From an uncultured Methanobacteriaceae archaeon (GTDB taxonomy: Archaea > Methanobacteriota > Methanobacteria > Methanobacteriales > Methanobacteriaceae), in NCBI GenBank assembly GCA_963707035.1, contig CAVPON010000009.1, positions 95,704 to 127,703 of the forward strand: a stretch of DNA of 32,000 bases. The letters run 5' to 3'. Below the pieces are notes generated by a model, which was not told where the DNA came from, did not search any database, and saw only the letters and a list, made by a program, of their open reading frames with translations. Of the stretch, positions 29,813 through 32,000 are shown piece after piece; the first letter of the stretch is position 1; each line of letters begins with the position of its first letter. The position numbers and the translations under genes are program-made.

Positions 29813-31234
29813 TTAAATTCGTTTTACGAAATTTCTAAGATGCCATATTACATGGGCTAGAAATGGTTCTTGACTTGGCAGTCTTCTGCAGCAGGCCCTA
29901 ACACAAGTTTTACAATAACCAGTACATAATTCAATATCTCTTCTGACAGTTTTGATCTGGGTTTTGGGTGCATATTTTAGATATATGGGTATACCAAGTA
30001 ATATGAGAATTGTTCCAATGATAATTTGATTAGGAGCTGTTTGTGTTATCATATAAATAATGATAATAATTCCTAAAATCGGGATAATTCTTGGAAGGCT
30101 AATTCCTCCGCCTAAATTCTTCCGCAATGGGAATACTGATAAACATGTTAATAGATAGCAGAACAGGATAGTGAATACTGATAGAATAATTAATTGGCTT
30201 ATAGTACCGAATATAGCAGCTATTAAGGTAATGGTATTTTGTATTATTAATGAAACGTATGGGGTGTTGTATTTGGGGTGTACTTTGGCAAAGAAGTGAG
30301 GTAGTAATCCATCTCCAGCCATTGCAAATGGAATTCGAGCTGAACATAGAATCCCAGCTTCATCAGAGCCCGAAATGGAAAAAAGGGCACCAACGCTTAA
30401 AATTATTGCTCCTCCCGCACCTAATAAAGTATACCCCGCTAGAGTTAACGGAGCTGAAGAAGTGGAAAGTGCCATCCAAGGCACAGCACCTACAATCACG
30501 AAATTAGTTAAGAAATAAAAAATAGTTATTACAGCCATACCTACACCAATTGCTAATGGAATCGTCTTTTTAGGATTTATTATATCATCTGATGGAATTG
30601 TTACCAATTCAAACCCGACATAAGCCCAGAATATCAATATAAGGGCACCGCCCAGACCACCGAATCCTAACGGAGTAAAAGGTGTTAAATGAGTGACCAG
30701 CAATGAAGGTTTCATAATAAAAAAAGCAATACCTACAATGGTTAATAAGAATATAGGGGCAATTTTCAATATAGTGAGAATATCGTTTAGTTTTCCTCCT
30801 TGTCTTACTCCAAAAAGATTTATAAGTGTAAGGAAAAGAACAAATAAAACTTTAATCAATATCTGAATTGATTGAGGCATGTCATGATAAAAATAAGCAA
30901 GATAAGCCACGAAAACTAATGGAAAAACCGCTATAGAACTCCATTCAGCGATAATCAAGGCCCAACCAGTCAAAAAACCCCAGAAATCACCAAAAGCCTC
31001 CTTAACATAAGCATAAGGACCTCCTACACGTGGAAGAATAGAAGAGCATTCAGCAAAACTCAATGCTATAATAATAGCCATAACCCCTGCTATTATCCAA
31101 GCTATTAGTGTTGCCGGACCTAGATAACCTGCACCAAAAGCAGCAGCAATATAAATATCAGCCCCTACTATAGCACCAATCACTAAATTCATCACATCAA
31201 ATAAACCAAGACTGCCATTCTTCAACTCGGCCAT
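29813..31234 (-). CDS. APC-superfamily amino acid permease
   Basis: 473 aa with about 12 predicted TM helices. The N-terminal GLFDVMNLVIGAIVGADIYIAAAFGAG is typical of APC transporters. It has an unusual Cys-rich cytoplasmic C-terminal tail. Confidence 0.85.
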   Translation of the reverse strand: MAELKNGSLGLFDVMNLVIGAIVGADIYIAAAFGAGYLGPATLIAWIIAGVMAIIIALSFAECSSILPRVGGPYAYVKEAFGDFWGFLTGWALIIAEWSSIAVFPLVFVAYLAYFYHDMPQSIQILIKVLFVLFLTLINLFGVRQGGKLNDILTILKIAPIFLLTIVGIAFFIMKPSLLVTHLTPFTPLGFGGLGGALILIFWAYVGFELVTIPSDDIINPKKTIPLAIGVGMAVITIFYFLTNFVIVGAVPWMALSTSSAPLTLAGYTLLGAGGAIILSVGALFSISGSDEAGILCSARIPFAMAGDGLLPHFFAKVHPKYNTPYVSLIIQNTITLIAAIFGTISQLIILSVFTILFCYLLTCLSVFPLRKNLGGGISLPRIIPILGIIIIIYMITQTAPNQIIIGTILILLGIPIYLKYAPKTQIKTVRRDIELCTGYCKTCVRACCRRLPSQEPFLAHVIWHLRNFVKRI

Positions 31235-31395
31235 AACTATCAGTATTCACTTTTATATTATTTCAAACTATTAGTTTTTGAGTAAAATATTCTAATTTTT
31301 TCATGGAAACTAAATAAATAATTTTTCATTTAATACTAGTTACATAAAAATTTGATTAATAATAAATAGTTGTTAGAAAAATATTGTATGTTTAT

Positions 31396-32000
31396 ATGAT
31401 AACTATCGAGAATGGTAGTGTTCTTTATGGAGAGAACCTTGACGTTATAAATACGAATTTGCTGATTCAGGATCATGAGATTGTTGAAGTTTCTCCCAAT
31501 ATAAGACGTGGTAAAATTATAGATGCTAAAGGTTGTATTGTTTCTCCTTCATTTATCAACTCTCATGTTCATCTCGGTGATTCTGTAGCTATGGATATGG
31601 GTGATGGAAAAGCTATAGATGAGTTAGTGAAACCGCCATTTGGACTTAAACATAAGATATTGGCCAACACTCCTAAGGATTTAATGTTGGATTCATTGAA
31701 GAAATCCATGTGGGAAATGCTTAGTACTGGAACTACTACTTTTGTTGATTTTCGTGAGGGTGGACTTGAAGGGATTAATCTATTAAATGAAGCTTCTAAA
31801 GGTATTCCCATACGTAAAATTGCGTTAGGACGTCATGATTCATTCTTACAGTACCCTAAAAATCATGTTCTAGAAGTTATAGTAAATGAAATTCTTGAAT
31901 CTTGTGATGGAATAGCTCTGAGTGGTTTGGGAGAGATTAATGATAATGTTGCTTCTATAATTGTTGAAAATTGTAAGAAAATGGACAAATTATCATCTAT
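31396..32000 (+). CDS. Metal-dependent amidohydrolase (chlorohydrolase/deaminase-like, COG0402-type), N-terminal part; continues past the window end
   Basis: ATG 31396 gives MITIENGSVLYGENLDV...IIDAKGCIVSPSFINSHVHLGDS (HxH metal motif). The frame is open to position 32000. Confidence 0.75.
   Translation, partial: MITIENGSVLYGENLDVINTNLLIQDHEIVEVSPNIRRGKIIDAKGCIVSPSFINSHVHLGDSVAMDMGDGKAIDELVKPPFGLKHKILANTPKDLMLDSLKKSMWEMLSTGTTTFVDFREGGLEGINLLNEASKGIPIRKIALGRHDSFLQYPKNHVLEVIVNEILESCDGIALSGLGEINDNVASIIVENCKKMDKLSS

Overview
This is a strongly AT-rich archaeal chromosome segment. Gene content points to a pseudomurein-walled methanogen of the Methanobacteriales (Methanobrevibacter/Methanobacterium-like): membrane LonB, PAN, MBF1, NikR, a hydrogenase maturation protease, cobamide genes, and a MraY/Mur-ligase cluster in an archaeal background. 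That assignment is an inference, not a database match. About 29 protein genes are supported:
- a partial DEAD-box helicase, lonB, and cobQ (frameshifted);
- trkA and a DASS/ArsB-type permease;
- a CBS-pair protein, nikR, a PRMT-fold methyltransferase, and an A31 hydrogenase maturation protease;
- a 5-gene pseudomurein-type cell-wall cluster (ATP-grasp ligase, MraY-like transferase, three Mur-ligase paralogs);
- a 3-gene operon of uncharacterised exported proteins;
- mbf1, pan, cbiJ, a UPF0146 protein, rimI, carA, carB, an APC permease, and a partial amidohydrolase.

RNA genes are two tandem tRNA-Gly (GCC, UCC) and one canonical C/D-box sRNA in an otherwise empty spacer, which an ORF track cannot reveal. 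I found no CRISPR array, IS element, integrase or recognisable defence system.

The most interesting region is 11.1-20.3 kb. It holds the pseudomurein peptide-stem machinery, including a MurT-like Cys-ribbon ligase. Immediately downstream is a translationally coupled pair of exported proteins of unknown function, which are candidate extracytoplasmic wall-assembly factors.

Three genes have integrity or start-codon anomalies: a cobQ frameshift, and conserved N-termini of the hydrogenase protease and the DASS permease that lie upstream of any canonical start. All functional calls rest on motif reading by eye. No searches were run.
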